DNA of 64,000 nucleotides from Minisyncoccota bacterium (GCA_036400935.1 DASWWW010000004.1:7808-71807), one strand, 5' to 3'; positions 25,425-35,525 are shown, counted from the first letter of the stretch. The notes: generated by a model not told the origin, from the sequence alone. Numbers and translations: made by a program.

Positions 25425-25844
25425 ATGATACGGTCCTTGAATGGAAAAGGATTTCGACAAATGGAACTCTTACAAGAAGGGGCTCGATGCGATCCCCCCC
25501 GCATCGAATTTCACGACCGAGAGGTTTGGTGGGCTTCGTTTGGAATAAACGTAGGAGTCGAAATCAACGGCAAGAATAGCGCATTCGAGAGACCTTGCCT
25601 TATCCTTACCAAATTCAACAAGGAGATGGCATGGGCGATTCCGGCGGTATCGAAGGACAGAGACTCAATGTTCTATCTGAGAATAGAGATCGACGGGAAG
25701 CCCTTCATCCTTGCCCTCTCGCAATTGAGAACAATAAGCTCAAAGAGGCTGCTCAGAAAAGAAGGCATGGTGCCGATCAGCACCTACATAGAAATAAAAC
25801 GCAGAATCATGGAATTCCTCATAACGAAAAAAGATCCGCCATGA
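25425..25844 (+). CDS. MazF/PemK-family endoribonuclease toxin homolog (orphan)
   Basis: REVWWASFGINVGVEINGKNSAFERPCLILTKFN...AWAIPAVSK...DGKPFILALSQLRTISSKRL follows the MazF/EndoA pattern (G.V.w.f....GsE..g.RPvLVi...VvPiTs...dQirtid..Rl). No antitoxin ORF is adjacent. The local sequence is AT-richer. Confidence 0.6.
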   Translation: MIRSLNGKGFRQMELLQEGARCDPPRIEFHDREVWWASFGINVGVEINGKNSAFERPCLILTKFNKEMAWAIPAVSKDRDSMFYLRIEIDGKPFILALSQLRTISSKRLLRKEGMVPISTYIEIKRRIMEFLITKKDPP

Positions 25845-25931
25845 GCAGATCTTTAATCTCGGAGGCCAAAGCCGTAATGCAGACATCTTACCAAGCGAAA
25901 CCTTTTACCGCAAACAGCGATTCTATACAGC

Positions 25932-26723
25932 ATGTCGAGAATAAAATCAGCACTGCATGAATTGCTCGTCTTTGGCCTCAAGGAGGCGCGAGCCTGCGTA
26001 TTCGCCGGGTCGTTCTTCGTCCTGCTCTTCCTCTCCAATTACGTCCACATAGACGGCCTGGCCCGCTACGATTTCCTGTTTATCGGCGCAATGGCATTGC
26101 AGCTCATCCTCTATCTGACCGGCGTCGAGACCAAGGACGAAGTAAAGACGATCTTCCTCTTCCATATCGTCGGCCTCTGCCTCGAGATATTCAAGACGCA
26201 TCCGTCCGTCGGATCATGGAGCTATCCGGAAGAAGGCATTTTCAAAATCGGCACGGTGCCGCTCTATAGCGGATTCATGTACGCGGCCGTCGGCAGCTAT
26301 ATCGCCCAGGCATGGAAAATTTTGCGCATCGAGCTCGCGGGATTCAAGCATCATGGCTGGAGCGTCGTCCTGTGCGCGGCGATATACGTGAATTTCTTTA
26401 CGAACCACTTCTTCTACGATATCCGCTACATACTTATCCCGATCATCTTCATGTTTTTCTGGAGGACCCGCGTACTCTTTACCGTTACGGAAGAGCGGCG
26501 ATGGATGCCGCTTAATCTGGGATTCCTCCTCACCGCCTTCTTCATCTGGGTCGCCGAGAATATCTCGACATTCTTTGGGGCATGGAAATATCCTAATCAG
26601 GCGCACTCCTGGGACGTGGTGTCGACCCAGAAAGTCACCTCGTGGTTCCTGATGGTCATCATCAGCTTCATCATCGTGTCCTTCCTCAAGCATGTGAAGG
26701 AAGATCGATTCGCAAATAAATAG
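25932..26723 (+). CDS. DUF817-like polytopic membrane protein
   Basis: 263 aa, ~8 TM helices. My family assignment is tentative. Confidence 0.5.
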   Translation: MSRIKSALHELLVFGLKEARACVFAGSFFVLLFLSNYVHIDGLARYDFLFIGAMALQLILYLTGVETKDEVKTIFLFHIVGLCLEIFKTHPSVGSWSYPEEGIFKIGTVPLYSGFMYAAVGSYIAQAWKILRIELAGFKHHGWSVVLCAAIYVNFFTNHFFYDIRYILIPIIFMFFWRTRVLFTVTEERRWMPLNLGFLLTAFFIWVAENISTFFGAWKYPNQAHSWDVVSTQKVTSWFLMVIISFIIVSFLKHVKEDRFANK

Positions 26724-26725
26724 AG

Positions 26726-26977
26726 TTACTGCCAAGCAAGCTTGTCTCGGAGGAAAGCTGAAATAAGGACGAGGATGACAGCAAGGGCTGTCGCAGGATA
26801 TTGGAATCCGTGAATGCCCAAAGTCGTGCCGTACAGGGCGTCGGCCAGGATGCCGTACAGGATTGCCTCATAGAAGCCGCGGATGGCAAGGCACGCGGCG
26901 ACAAGTACGATGGCGCCGAGCCACCACGGCAGGAAGAGGAGGCATATGATGAGGCCAATATTGAAAGCGGTACGCAT
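26726..26977 (-). CDS. mreD: small membrane protein, putative MreD
   Basis: 83 aa, 3 TM helices, immediately downstream of mreC in the mreBCD arrangement. Shorter than canonical MreD. Confidence 0.4.
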   Translation of the reverse strand: MRTAFNIGLIICLLFLPWWLGAIVLVAACLAIRGFYEAILYGILADALYGTTLGIHGFQYPATALAVILVLISAFLRDKLAWQ

Positions 26978-26984
26978 GAAGCGG

Positions 26985-27785
26985 TTATTTGGTGTTACGA
27001 TCCACCTCGACGAAACGCAGGCTATTGATGTTGACCGGCGACTTGAACAGGATGGTCTGAAGCGAGTCGGACGAGTCGACGATGATCTTCTCGACGATGC
27101 CGAACGTATGGGGGCGGATCTGAGGCAGGGCGATGATGTCCCCTTCCTTTACGCCGACCTCGACAGGGATATTGAGCTGGAAATTGCCGAGACCGCGGCC
27201 TTTAGCCTGGGCGGTCACGTCAGCCGTGCCCAAAATTACGGAAATGGTCCGCCCAGGCGTCGAGAACAGGCTGACTTTGGACTGATTGGCATAGACTTCG
27301 GCAATGTCGCCGATCAGGGTGTCGCCGTCGGCGTATACCTTGTCGCCCTTCGAGACGCCATCGTCCGATCCGATATCGATGACGAGCGTATCGTATGCGG
27401 AGACCGGAGGTCGCGACAGGACGATGCCGAGGATGTCGTCGCCGGCAGCAGATCGGTTAAGGGAGTTCTTGAGCGACTCATTCTCGGCCTTGAGGCTGTC
27501 GATAAGGAGGGCCGACGCGTCGCGCGCCGCGATCTCCTGTCGCAAGCTCTGATTCTCCTTTACCAGGCTGAACTTCGAGCTGACGAGGGCCCCTGCGTGG
27601 CCGAAGAATCCGAAGAGTCCCGACTCCGTCTTCCAAAAGACGGTGCCGACCGGATAGAAGAGACCGGCATAGGCGCCCGGGAATACGTAATGAGTAGCAA
27701 AAAGCACGACCAGGATCGCGACCACAAGAATCGTAGTCGTTCGGCTCTTCTTGGCGTTTACGTTAGTTCGCCTTAGGTAGGTCAT
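26985..27785 (-). CDS. mreC: rod shape-determining protein MreC
   Basis: N-terminal TM, a coiled-coil (LRQEIAARDASALLIDSLKAENESLKN), then a beta-rich domain. Downstream of mreB. Confidence 0.8.
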   Translation of the reverse strand: MTYLRRTNVNAKKSRTTTILVVAILVVLFATHYVFPGAYAGLFYPVGTVFWKTESGLFGFFGHAGALVSSKFSLVKENQSLRQEIAARDASALLIDSLKAENESLKNSLNRSAAGDDILGIVLSRPPVSAYDTLVIDIGSDDGVSKGDKVYADGDTLIGDIAEVYANQSKVSLFSTPGRTISVILGTADVTAQAKGRGLGNFQLNIPVEVGVKEGDIIALPQIRPHTFGIVEKIIVDSSDSLQTILFKSPVNINSLRFVEVDRNTK

Positions 27786-28827
27786 CTTCGTTTTGGATTA
27801 AGACATCCTGGAATCCTTCGATATCCTCGAGGATAATTCCTGTGCCGCGGGCTACGGCGGTAAGAGGGTCATCGGCGATATGCACCGGAATCTTTACATA
27901 CTCCTCGATGAGCTTGTCGAGGCCGCGGATAAGCGCGCCGCCGCCGACGAGGTATATGCCCCGGTGCATGATGTCGGCCATGATTTCAGGCGGAGTAGTC
28001 TCGAGCACCTCCTTTACCGATTCGACGAGGTTGTCGATCGACTGCGAGATCGCTTCGCGGATATCGGAGTCGGTAAGGACCACCTCGCGAGGAAGGCCCG
28101 TGACGAGGTCGCGGCCACGGATGGCTGCCTCGTGAGGGACGTCGTCCGCGACCACCACCCCGATAGCGATCTTTACGTCCTCGGCAGTCTTCTCGCCTAC
28201 CAGTATTTTAAATTCGTTACGGATGTATGAAATGATGTCGGTATTGAGCTTGTCTCCGGCGATCTTGAGCGACTTCGAGCGCACGACGCCACCGAGGGAG
28301 ATCACGGCAATGTCCGTGGTCCCTCCGCCTATGTCGATAACCATGTTGCCTGCAGGATCATGGATAGGAAGCTTGATGCCGATAGCGGCCGCCATAGGCT
28401 GCTCGACGATGTGGACCTCGCGCGCGCCGGCATTTTTCGTCGCGTCGCGGACGGCGCGCGCCTCTACGTTGGTGACGCCCGACGGGATGCCGACGATGAC
28501 GCGCGGGCCGAAGAATTTCTTCGACTCGGACTGCGCCTTGTTGATGAGGTAGACCATCATCTCCTCGGCGACCTCGAAGTCAGAGATCACCCCGTCGACG
28601 AGAGGCCTGACCGCGGCGATGTGCGCGGGCGTTCGGCCGAGCATATTCTTGGCCTGTGCGCCGACGGCCACCACGCGGCCCGTCTTCTGGTTTACGGCCA
28701 CGACGGAAGGCTCGTTGATGACGATGCCCTGCCCCTTCATATAGACAAGCGTGTTAGCGGTACCGAGGTCGATGCCGATGTCGTGGGAGAAGGCCTTATA
28801 GAGTCGTTGGAGTAGTGAGTTTGGCAT
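27763..28827 (-). CDS. mreB: rod shape-determining protein MreB
   Basis: Start moved to MPNSLLQRLYKAF (28827). Actin-fold motifs IGIDLGTANTLVY and DIGGGTTD. Confidence 0.9.
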   Translation of the reverse strand: MPNSLLQRLYKAFSHDIGIDLGTANTLVYMKGQGIVINEPSVVAVNQKTGRVVAVGAQAKNMLGRTPAHIAAVRPLVDGVISDFEVAEEMMVYLINKAQSESKKFFGPRVIVGIPSGVTNVEARAVRDATKNAGAREVHIVEQPMAAAIGIKLPIHDPAGNMVIDIGGGTTDIAVISLGGVVRSKSLKIAGDKLNTDIISYIRNEFKILVGEKTAEDVKIAIGVVVADDVPHEAAIRGRDLVTGLPREVVLTDSDIREAISQSIDNLVESVKEVLETTPPEIMADIMHRGIYLVGGGALIRGLDKLIEEYVKIPVHIADDPLTAVARGTGIILEDIEGFQDVLIQNEDDLPKAN

Positions 28828-28837
28828 TACGTGTTTT

Positions 28838-30091
28838 TTATTTGAGTCGTGCGATGAGGTCTGATTCTGAAAGCTGCTCGATCTTGCCCGATGCGCGGTG
28901 CTTGAGCTCGTGGGCTCCGGCTGCGATGGTCTTGTCCGATACCACAATGCGGTACGGGATGCCCATCAGGTCCGAGTCGGCGAACTTCTCGCCTGGTCGC
29001 TGGTCGCGGTCATCGCACAGGGTCTCGATGCCGGCCTTCGTGAGCTGCGCATAGAGCTTGTCCGCGGCAGCTCGAGCAGCTGCGCCGTCCTTTGAATCGA
29101 CGACGATGAGGTGCGCCTTGAAAGGAGCGATCGATTCCGGCCAGACGATGCCCTTGTCGTCGGACAATGCCTCGACGACCGTTCCCATGATGCGCCCGAG
29201 GCCGATGCCGTAGCATCCCATGACGACAGGCTTCATCTCGCCTTTCTCGTCCTTGTAATTGAGCTCAAGAGCGCTCGAGAATTTCGTGCCGAGGCTGAAG
29301 ATGTTTCCGACCTCGACCGCCTTCTTCTCTACGAGATCCGCGCGATTGACGCCGATCTCCGCGAGAACTTCGTCAGTCAATGCCTCCTTGTTCACGGCGA
29401 TACCCTTCTTTTCATCAATATAGATAAGATCCTCGCCCGCATCCGTCACGGTCTGGTACTCGTGCGAGAATTTCGAGAAGCTGCCGCCCAATGCGAAGGT
29501 CATGTACGTGCGGTCGCCGAGGCCGACGCGCTCGAAGATGTTCTTGTACGCGACCTTTGCCTTCTCGTAGTAGGCCTTATGCTCGGCATCGTCCTTTGAG
29601 AACGAGTAGAGGTCCTTCATGAGGAACTCTCGCCCGCGCATGATGCCGGATTTCGCTCGGGCCTCGTTACGGAACTTGGTCTGGAACTGGTATGCGGAGA
29701 AAGGAAGATCGCGGTATGAGTTCACGTACTCGGACAAGAGGTGCGTGAGAGGCTCCTCGTGCGTGAATGCGAGGCCGACATCAGTGCCGTTCGCGAGCTT
29801 CGTCTTGAACCAGTTGTCGACGACGGCGTCCGACCAGCGGTTGGTCCTTTCCCAGAGCTTCTTGTCCTGAAGGGATGTGAGAAGCATCTCCTGCCCGCCG
29901 AGGGCGTTCACCTCCTCGCGGATGATGCCCTGAATCTTTGAAAGCACGCGCAAGCCGAGAGGCAAATACGTATAAGCGCCCGCCATTTCCTTGTAGACGT
30001 AGCCGGCGCGGATGAGGAGCTGGGCGTTCTTGGCCACCTCGTCTTTTGGAGCGTCTTTTCGTGTCTTGGTAAAAAGTTGGCTTTGGCGCAT
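28838..30091 (-). CDS. proS: proline--tRNA ligase, short form lacking the INS editing domain
   Basis: MRQSQLFTKTRKDAPKDEVAKNAQLLIRAGY, FRNEARAKSGIMRGREFLMKDLYSF (motif 2) and GCYGIGLGR (motif 3). At ~418 aa there is no insertion domain. Confidence 0.9.
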   Translation of the reverse strand: MRQSQLFTKTRKDAPKDEVAKNAQLLIRAGYVYKEMAGAYTYLPLGLRVLSKIQGIIREEVNALGGQEMLLTSLQDKKLWERTNRWSDAVVDNWFKTKLANGTDVGLAFTHEEPLTHLLSEYVNSYRDLPFSAYQFQTKFRNEARAKSGIMRGREFLMKDLYSFSKDDAEHKAYYEKAKVAYKNIFERVGLGDRTYMTFALGGSFSKFSHEYQTVTDAGEDLIYIDEKKGIAVNKEALTDEVLAEIGVNRADLVEKKAVEVGNIFSLGTKFSSALELNYKDEKGEMKPVVMGCYGIGLGRIMGTVVEALSDDKGIVWPESIAPFKAHLIVVDSKDGAAARAAADKLYAQLTKAGIETLCDDRDQRPGEKFADSDLMGIPYRIVVSDKTIAAGAHELKHRASGKIEQLSESDLIARLK

Positions 30092-30226
30092 ATGTGTTTC
30101 GTTAATACGGCCATAATAGCGCATAAATAAAGGGTTTGTAAGAGGCTTGATTTATACGCATCATTGTGGCATAGTCCGAAGCATAGTTCCTTGAAGGCAT
30201 AGTGCCTGCTTCGAATTTCCTTACCC

Positions 30227-30634
30227 ATGAATCCTCCCTCCCAAAAAGTCATCGATTCGTTTCGAGCCGCGCTCAAGATCATCTCGATCTTGTTCACTCA
30301 TCGAAACCGAAGCGGCCGGAGCCGGCTCACGACCCTCGACCCAAATCTGTTAGATTCCATATCCGAACAGATCACGGCCGAAAACCTGTTGGATTCCGTG
30401 CCCATCATCACGGCATTCCTCAAGTCGATCGGAGAGCCACAGAAAGAAGAAGACAAAGCCGATGACCTTGACGATCTTGGCCGCCTCATCCAACACGTCA
30501 AAGGCGCCAGGAGTATGATCATCCACTTTGGCCCGGAACAGCAGAATGTCGACCTGGCTAACGCCCTCCTGGGCCTGGATGAATACCTTTCGGACCGGCA
30601 CGCCAAGCTCAAGCGCCTTGCGGCCAATGCCTGA
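30227..30634 (+). CDS. hypothetical protein
   Basis: 135 aa, helical, no motif recognised. A terminator follows. Confidence 0.45.
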   Translation: MNPPSQKVIDSFRAALKIISILFTHRNRSGRSRLTTLDPNLLDSISEQITAENLLDSVPIITAFLKSIGEPQKEEDKADDLDDLGRLIQHVKGARSMIIHFGPEQQNVDLANALLGLDEYLSDRHAKLKRLAANA

Positions 30635-30641
30635 TGCTCAA

Positions 30642-30676
30642 AACCTGCCACCTTTCGGTGACAGGCTTTTTTATTT
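30642..30676. terminator. bidirectional rho-independent terminator
   Basis: cctgccacc-tttc-ggtgacagg followed by cttttttatttc. Lies between convergent genes. Confidence 0.7.
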
Positions 30677-30689
30677 CGGCAAAGCGGTT

Positions 30690-31802
30690 TTAGAAAATCT
30701 TCACGATATCCTTGTACGTCACGAACAGCATGAACAGGATGAGGAGGCAGAAGCCAACGGCGTTCAGGGTATTGGCGACCTTCGGCGAGATCGGCCGGCG
30801 GATGATGGCCTCGATGATGACGAAAAGGATTCGTCCTCCGTCGAGCGCCGGGAACGGCACGAGGTTGAGCACGGCAAGGTTGAGCGAGATGAAGGCCGTG
30901 AACGAAAGCAGGTAGACGAAGCCGAATTTCGCCGCGTCCCCTACCAATCGGGCGATGCCGACAGGACCCGAGAGCTGCGACACGTCAGCGTCACCGACGA
31001 CCGCATCCTTGATCAAAGTCGCGATGCCTCCGGCGATATTGCCGAACATAGTATAAGTGAGCTTTGCGCCCTCCCAGAAAGCCATGAAGAACGGCAACTT
31101 TGCCTTGCCCACCATATCCATCGATATGCCGATGGCATAGTTGTCGCCGGTGACGCCCTTTTCAGGGACGACTTCGATGTACTTGTTGCCCGTGAGGCGC
31201 ATGATCTCGAGGCCGATCGGCTTGCCGTTCGAATTCTTGGCGGCCATCTGGAATGCCTCGACGGTTGATGCGGTCGACGTAGCACGGCCGCTGACAGCGG
31301 TGCTCGATGCGGTCGAGAACGAGAGGATCTCATCGCCCGACAGAAGGCCGGCCCTTGCTGATGGAGAGTTCGGCAAAGTGTCGACGATGATGACGTGCGA
31401 TTCAGTGATGTATTTGGAGACAGACTCGGAAACGCCCATGGTCATGCCCGACATGAACGCGATCGAGAACAAGAGCCACGCGAACACGACGTTCATGATG
31501 ATGCCGGCCGCCAGGATGATGACCTGGATCCACTTCGGCTTCTTTACGAAGCTGCGCGCGCTGTCAGGTCCCGAGATCGACTCCTCGTCCGGATTCTCGC
31601 CGAAAATCTTTACGAAGCCGCCGAAGGGCACGGCATTGAGCGAGTACTCAGTGCCGTTCCACTTCTTGGACCAGAGCTTTGGCGGAAAGCCGAGGCCGAA
31701 CTCGTCCACGCGGACGCCGGACTTCTTGGCAGCGTAAAAGTGTCCGAACTCATGGACGAGTACAAGCACGGCCAATATGACGAAGAAAAGTACGATGTAC
31801 AC
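30690..31802 (-). CDS. rseP: RIP metalloprotease RseP (site-2 protease)
   Basis: LVHEFGHFYAAK HExxH motif, a PDZ domain, LDGG motif, and multiple TM helices. Confidence 0.85.
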   Translation of the reverse strand: MYIVLFFVILAVLVLVHEFGHFYAAKKSGVRVDEFGLGFPPKLWSKKWNGTEYSLNAVPFGGFVKIFGENPDEESISGPDSARSFVKKPKWIQVIILAAGIIMNVVFAWLLFSIAFMSGMTMGVSESVSKYITESHVIIVDTLPNSPSARAGLLSGDEILSFSTASSTAVSGRATSTASTVEAFQMAAKNSNGKPIGLEIMRLTGNKYIEVVPEKGVTGDNYAIGISMDMVGKAKLPFFMAFWEGAKLTYTMFGNIAGGIATLIKDAVVGDADVSQLSGPVGIARLVGDAAKFGFVYLLSFTAFISLNLAVLNLVPFPALDGGRILFVIIEAIIRRPISPKVANTLNAVGFCLLILFMLFVTYKDIVKIF

Positions 31803-31845
31803 GCGTTTGATTTAAATTGTAAAACGGCCAGAAAAATGTGCGGGA

Positions 31846-32397
31846 TTAGCCGAGGATCTCCTTCTCCTTCTTGATGAAATGAGCCTCGAGCTTCTTGTTG
31901 GCCTCGTCGATGAGCTTCTGGGCGTCTGCCTTGAAGCGGAACTTCTCGTCCTCGCTCATGCCGCCCTCCTTCTCCTTCTTGTCGATGTCGGCGTTCACCT
32001 CGTCGCGGGTCTTTCGGCCCTGGATGCGAGCCTGCTCGAGCTTCTCCTTGGCGGTCTTTACGATCTCCTTTCGGCGATCGGTCGTAAGCTCAGGGAACGA
32101 GATTCGGATGCCCTTGTCGTCTACGGCAACAGACACGCCGAGGTTGGCCGCGATGATGGACTTCTCGATAGACTTCACGAGGGACTGGTCCCACGGCGTG
32201 ATGCGGATGGTGCGAGGATCCTCGTTCGCCATCGACGCGACGCCCGAGATCGGAGAGTCGGATCCGTACGCCTCTACGCGAACGCTGTCGAGGATAGCGG
32301 GATTGGCCCTGTTGGTGCGGATATTTCCAAGCTCCTTGGTAAGCCAAGTTTCCGTAGCGGTGAGGTCTGCCTTCAGTTTGGTGAAATTGTATTGCAT
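31846..32397 (-). CDS. frr: ribosome recycling factor
   Basis: Full-length RRF: ...IRTNRANPAILDSVRVEAYG...DKGIRISFPELTTDRRKE... Confidence 0.95.
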   Translation of the reverse strand: MQYNFTKLKADLTATETWLTKELGNIRTNRANPAILDSVRVEAYGSDSPISGVASMANEDPRTIRITPWDQSLVKSIEKSIIAANLGVSVAVDDKGIRISFPELTTDRRKEIVKTAKEKLEQARIQGRKTRDEVNADIDKKEKEGGMSEDEKFRFKADAQKLIDEANKKLEAHFIKKEKEILG

Positions 32398-32428
32398 ATA
32401 AATCCAATATTAGCATAGGCTAATGGCT

Positions 32429-33112
32429 TTAGAAATCGAGCAGTGCGACTCGCTCCAGTATCAGCTTGAGCGACGGCGCGCGGTCCTTGAGGTATGTGGC
32501 AAGCGTGAGGATCTCTCGTACGGCTGCAGCCCGTTTTGGGCTGGCAGTGGAGAGGCCCGCGCCGCCACCGGCAGACAGGGCGCCTAAGAGCGCCTGCAAA
32601 AAGTCCTCGGCGCGGGCCTTGTCCTTCCCTTCTATCAATTCCGCTACGAACTTGAGGCGCTCCTTATACGACATCTTTATAAACTTGGAAGCCTCGCCCG
32701 AAACCGACTGGGACTTATTGGCAGCGGACGGATGAATGACCACGACCATGCGCGAGCGCAAGGTCGGCAAGAGAATGCGCGCAGACGAAGAGATTACGAA
32801 AAAATGCGCGCCTGGCGTCGGCTCTTCGAACACCTTGAGCAAGGAGTTCTGCGCCTCGCTCGTGATCGCGTCCAATGCGACGATAAAAATCTTCTTGTCG
32901 CCTACGACCGGCCGCAAGGACTGCATCTCCTGCAAAGCCCTGCCCTCGTCGATGCCGAACGACTGATGCTCGGCATAATGCACGTCCGGATGGCCCTGTC
33001 GGACTATGCCAAAGGAATCGCTCAAAAAGGACTCGAGGTCGACGAGGACGAGCGCCCTGTCGCCCTCTATGAAATACGCGTGATGGAGAGTGTCCTTGGG
33101 AAACATGCGCAT
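32429..33112 (-). CDS. holB: DNA polymerase III delta' subunit-like (reduced)
   Basis: NSLLKVFEEPTPGAHFFVISSSARILLPTLRSRMVV matches the delta' sensor/SRC region. There is no Walker A, which is consistent with delta'. Confidence 0.55.
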   Translation of the reverse strand: MRMFPKDTLHHAYFIEGDRALVLVDLESFLSDSFGIVRQGHPDVHYAEHQSFGIDEGRALQEMQSLRPVVGDKKIFIVALDAITSEAQNSLLKVFEEPTPGAHFFVISSSARILLPTLRSRMVVVIHPSAANKSQSVSGEASKFIKMSYKERLKFVAELIEGKDKARAEDFLQALLGALSAGGGAGLSTASPKRAAAVREILTLATYLKDRAPSLKLILERVALLDF

Positions 33113-33131
33113 AGTATACCAAAACGAATTC

Positions 33132-33160
33132 GGGCCCGGACTTTTTTGAAGTCCGGGCCC
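33132..33160. other. perfect 12-bp stem hairpin in the holB upstream region
   Basis: gggcccggactt-ttttg-aagtccgggccc. No flanking T-run on either strand, so it is probably regulatory or structural rather than a terminator. Confidence 0.5.
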
Positions 33161-33588
33161 TGGAAACCGCTGACAACCGAATATCTAGCGCCAGCTAGCA
33201 TGGAGAGCTGAATCTAATTAGACAAACGTGCGAGGCGAGGCGCACGAAGGCCTTGAACTAGATCAAGGTCTGCATGACCGCCACTGGCGCGAAGTCCGCA
33301 TAGAGCAGTAACCTACTTTGTAATATAGCATACATTCTAGATAATTGCAAGTGCAACCGAGGCGCGGCCAGATGCATCAAATCAAAAGGGCCCGCTTGAT
33401 TGAACAAGTGGCCCTATGAAGCAGCCCGAAGGCAGCTTTGCTCTCCGTTATGCTTACCGACCCGTTCGAGATAGCCATCAAGCCCACCTCAAATGGCCGC
33501 ACGAATCGCGTAGAACAGAGACCTAGCCGGAAATTACCACATATCGAAAATAAATCAAACAAAAGCCGCGACCCATGCCGCAGCTTTT

Positions 33589-34602
33589 TTATCTCTTGGA
33601 AATGATAGTCCTCTTGTACACGTCGAGATGCTCCAGGGCGATACCTGTTCCCTTTGCCACGCAGTAGAGGGGGTCTTCGGCGAGGACGGCCTTTACGCCG
33701 GTGCGGCGGAAGACGAGCTCGGGCAAATTGCGGAGCATCGACGAGCCTCCGGTCATGATGATGCCGGCGTCGATGATGTCGGCGGCGAGCTCGGGCGGAG
33801 TCTCCTGGAGCACGTCCTTGATCGCCTTGATCATGTCGCGCAGCTCGCGGCTGATCGCCTTTACGATCTCGTTCGTCTTGACCTCGGTCGAGCGAGGAAG
33901 GCCGGACACGAAGTCACGCCCCTTGATGATGAGGCTGAGCTCCTCCTCCAGTGGCACGGCTGATCCGATCTCGATCTTGATAGTCTCGGCGGTCTTGTCT
34001 CCGATGGCGAGGTTGAAAGTCTTCTTTATATAGTCGGCGATAGCGGCGTCGATGCGATTGCCGGCGCACTTAACCGATGTCGATGCCACGATGCCTCCAA
34101 GAGAGATCACCGCAACGTCGGTCGTGCCTCCGCCGATGTCGACGATCATATGGCCTTTGGCCTCCTGAATAGGAATGCCTGCGCCGATAGCGGCGAGGAT
34201 CGGCTCCTTCACGACGTACGCGCTCTTAGCGCCCGCCTTTACGGCAGCCTCCACCACCGCGCGGCGCTCGGTCGAGGTGATGCCCGCAGGCACGGACACG
34301 AGGACCTCGGGCTTCCAGACGTTCCACTTGCCCAGGGCCTTGTCGATGAAATAGCGGAGCATCGCCTCGGTCACGCGGTAGTCCGCGATCACGCCGTCCT
34401 TCATCGGGCGGTACGCGATGATCGATTCCGGAGTTCGACCGATCATCTGCTTTGCCTCGACGCCTACGGCCAAGATTTTATTGTCCTGCTCGGACACGGC
34501 GACGACCGAAGGCTCGTTCAGGACGATGCCTTTGCCCGGCAAAAACACGAGCGTGTTCGCCGTTCCGAGGTCGATGCCCAATTTTTTCGCGAAAATTGCC
34601 AT
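33589..34602 (-). CDS. MreB-like actin homolog (second paralog)
   Basis: Start at MAIFAKKLGIDLGTANTLVF (34602). DIGGGTTDVAVIS. About 45% identity to the mreB at 27763..28827. Confidence 0.85.
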   Translation of the reverse strand: MAIFAKKLGIDLGTANTLVFLPGKGIVLNEPSVVAVSEQDNKILAVGVEAKQMIGRTPESIIAYRPMKDGVIADYRVTEAMLRYFIDKALGKWNVWKPEVLVSVPAGITSTERRAVVEAAVKAGAKSAYVVKEPILAAIGAGIPIQEAKGHMIVDIGGGTTDVAVISLGGIVASTSVKCAGNRIDAAIADYIKKTFNLAIGDKTAETIKIEIGSAVPLEEELSLIIKGRDFVSGLPRSTEVKTNEIVKAISRELRDMIKAIKDVLQETPPELAADIIDAGIIMTGGSSMLRNLPELVFRRTGVKAVLAEDPLYCVAKGTGIALEHLDVYKRTIISKR

Positions 34603-34723
34603 ACGTGGCCATACTATACGCTTTTTCCTAGCATTTGCGATAGTTGACAAACTCTTCCTTTAAATCTAAAGTCTCAGTCTGCCTGTTCTTCAAAATTTTC
34701 CCTTTCCTCAGTCCAACCAACAT

Positions 34724-35104
34724 ATGAAAGCCAACCTAATCCTCATTGCCCTGCTGCTCGCAAGCGCCGCAGCAAACGTCTACCAGCACGCCCACCTCAA
34801 GACCTACAAGGAGAATGCCGAGCTCATCGCCAGCGCCGAGCTCGTCCGCATCATCTCGGTCGAGCAAAGCGAGTACGCCGGCGACAACGTGCAGGTCAAG
34901 TTCGCATCGATCAACCCGCGCACGGGCGAGGCTCGCAAGGATACGCCCGTCTATACGCAACTCGTGAGCAAGAGCCCCCTTCTCAAGAACGGCGTCACCG
35001 GCCGGCTCGTGGTCAACGGCTTCGACTTCAAGCGCTACAAGCCGTACTTTACTTTCGAGCAGCGGGAGCATACATGGTCGGGCTCTGGTCCGGAAAAGAA
35101 ATAG
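34724..35104 (+). CDS. secreted hypothetical protein
   Basis: Signal peptide MKANLILIALLLASAAANV. A terminator follows. Confidence 0.5.
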   Translation: MKANLILIALLLASAAANVYQHAHLKTYKENAELIASAELVRIISVEQSEYAGDNVQVKFASINPRTGEARKDTPVYTQLVSKSPLLKNGVTGRLVVNGFDFKRYKPYFTFEQREHTWSGSGPEKK

Positions 35105-35118
35105 CCGACTGCCTGCAC

Positions 35119-35147
35119 CGGCGCCTCATTTCTGAGGCGCTTTTTTA
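35119..35147 (+). terminator. rho-independent terminator
   Basis: gcgcctca-tttc-tgaggcgc followed by tttttt. Confidence 0.8.
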
Positions 35148-35222
35148 TGCGAGCATTTGTTTGACAAAGCTTGATACATATTTTAATTTGAAAAACGGCA
35201 ACCCCACCTGCCCCCTGAACAT

Positions 35223-35525
35223 ATGAGAACATCCCAAACGAAAGCATTGCTTGCTCGCAAGCGCCGGCACAGCAGGCCCGACCCATCGATCCTCAGCATG
35301 ACGATGGAGAGCTTCTACGGGCGGTACCTGCAGGACGACCCTCACTTCCGCGCAGACTTCCTCGACGTGGAGCTGGGCGGCACGCCGATTCGCCAACTCA
35401 CCGTGCAGAAATTCACCGCGAATGTCGGGACGGACGAGATCGTAAAGATGAAGTGCGGCATGGGCGCCGGCAGCGTCGCCAAGGTCCGGGCGCGTCTCGG
35501 GAAGTACAATATAGAGTGGAAGTAA
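35223..35525 (+). CDS. hypothetical protein (100 aa)
   Basis: ORF between two terminators. No domain recognised. Confidence 0.4.
   Translation: MRTSQTKALLARKRRHSRPDPSILSMTMESFYGRYLQDDPHFRADFLDVELGGTPIRQLTVQKFTANVGTDEIVKMKCGMGAGSVAKVRARLGKYNIEWK

Noticed and set aside
33395-33500. GAAGCAGCC-cg-AAGGCAG motif reminiscent of SRP RNA helix 8
   Set aside because: I could not build the obligatory long 5'/3' pairing or a GNRA-closed helix around it. The preceding sequence forms its own separate hairpin (agggcc...ggccct). I treat it as coincidence unless a covariance-model search says otherwise.
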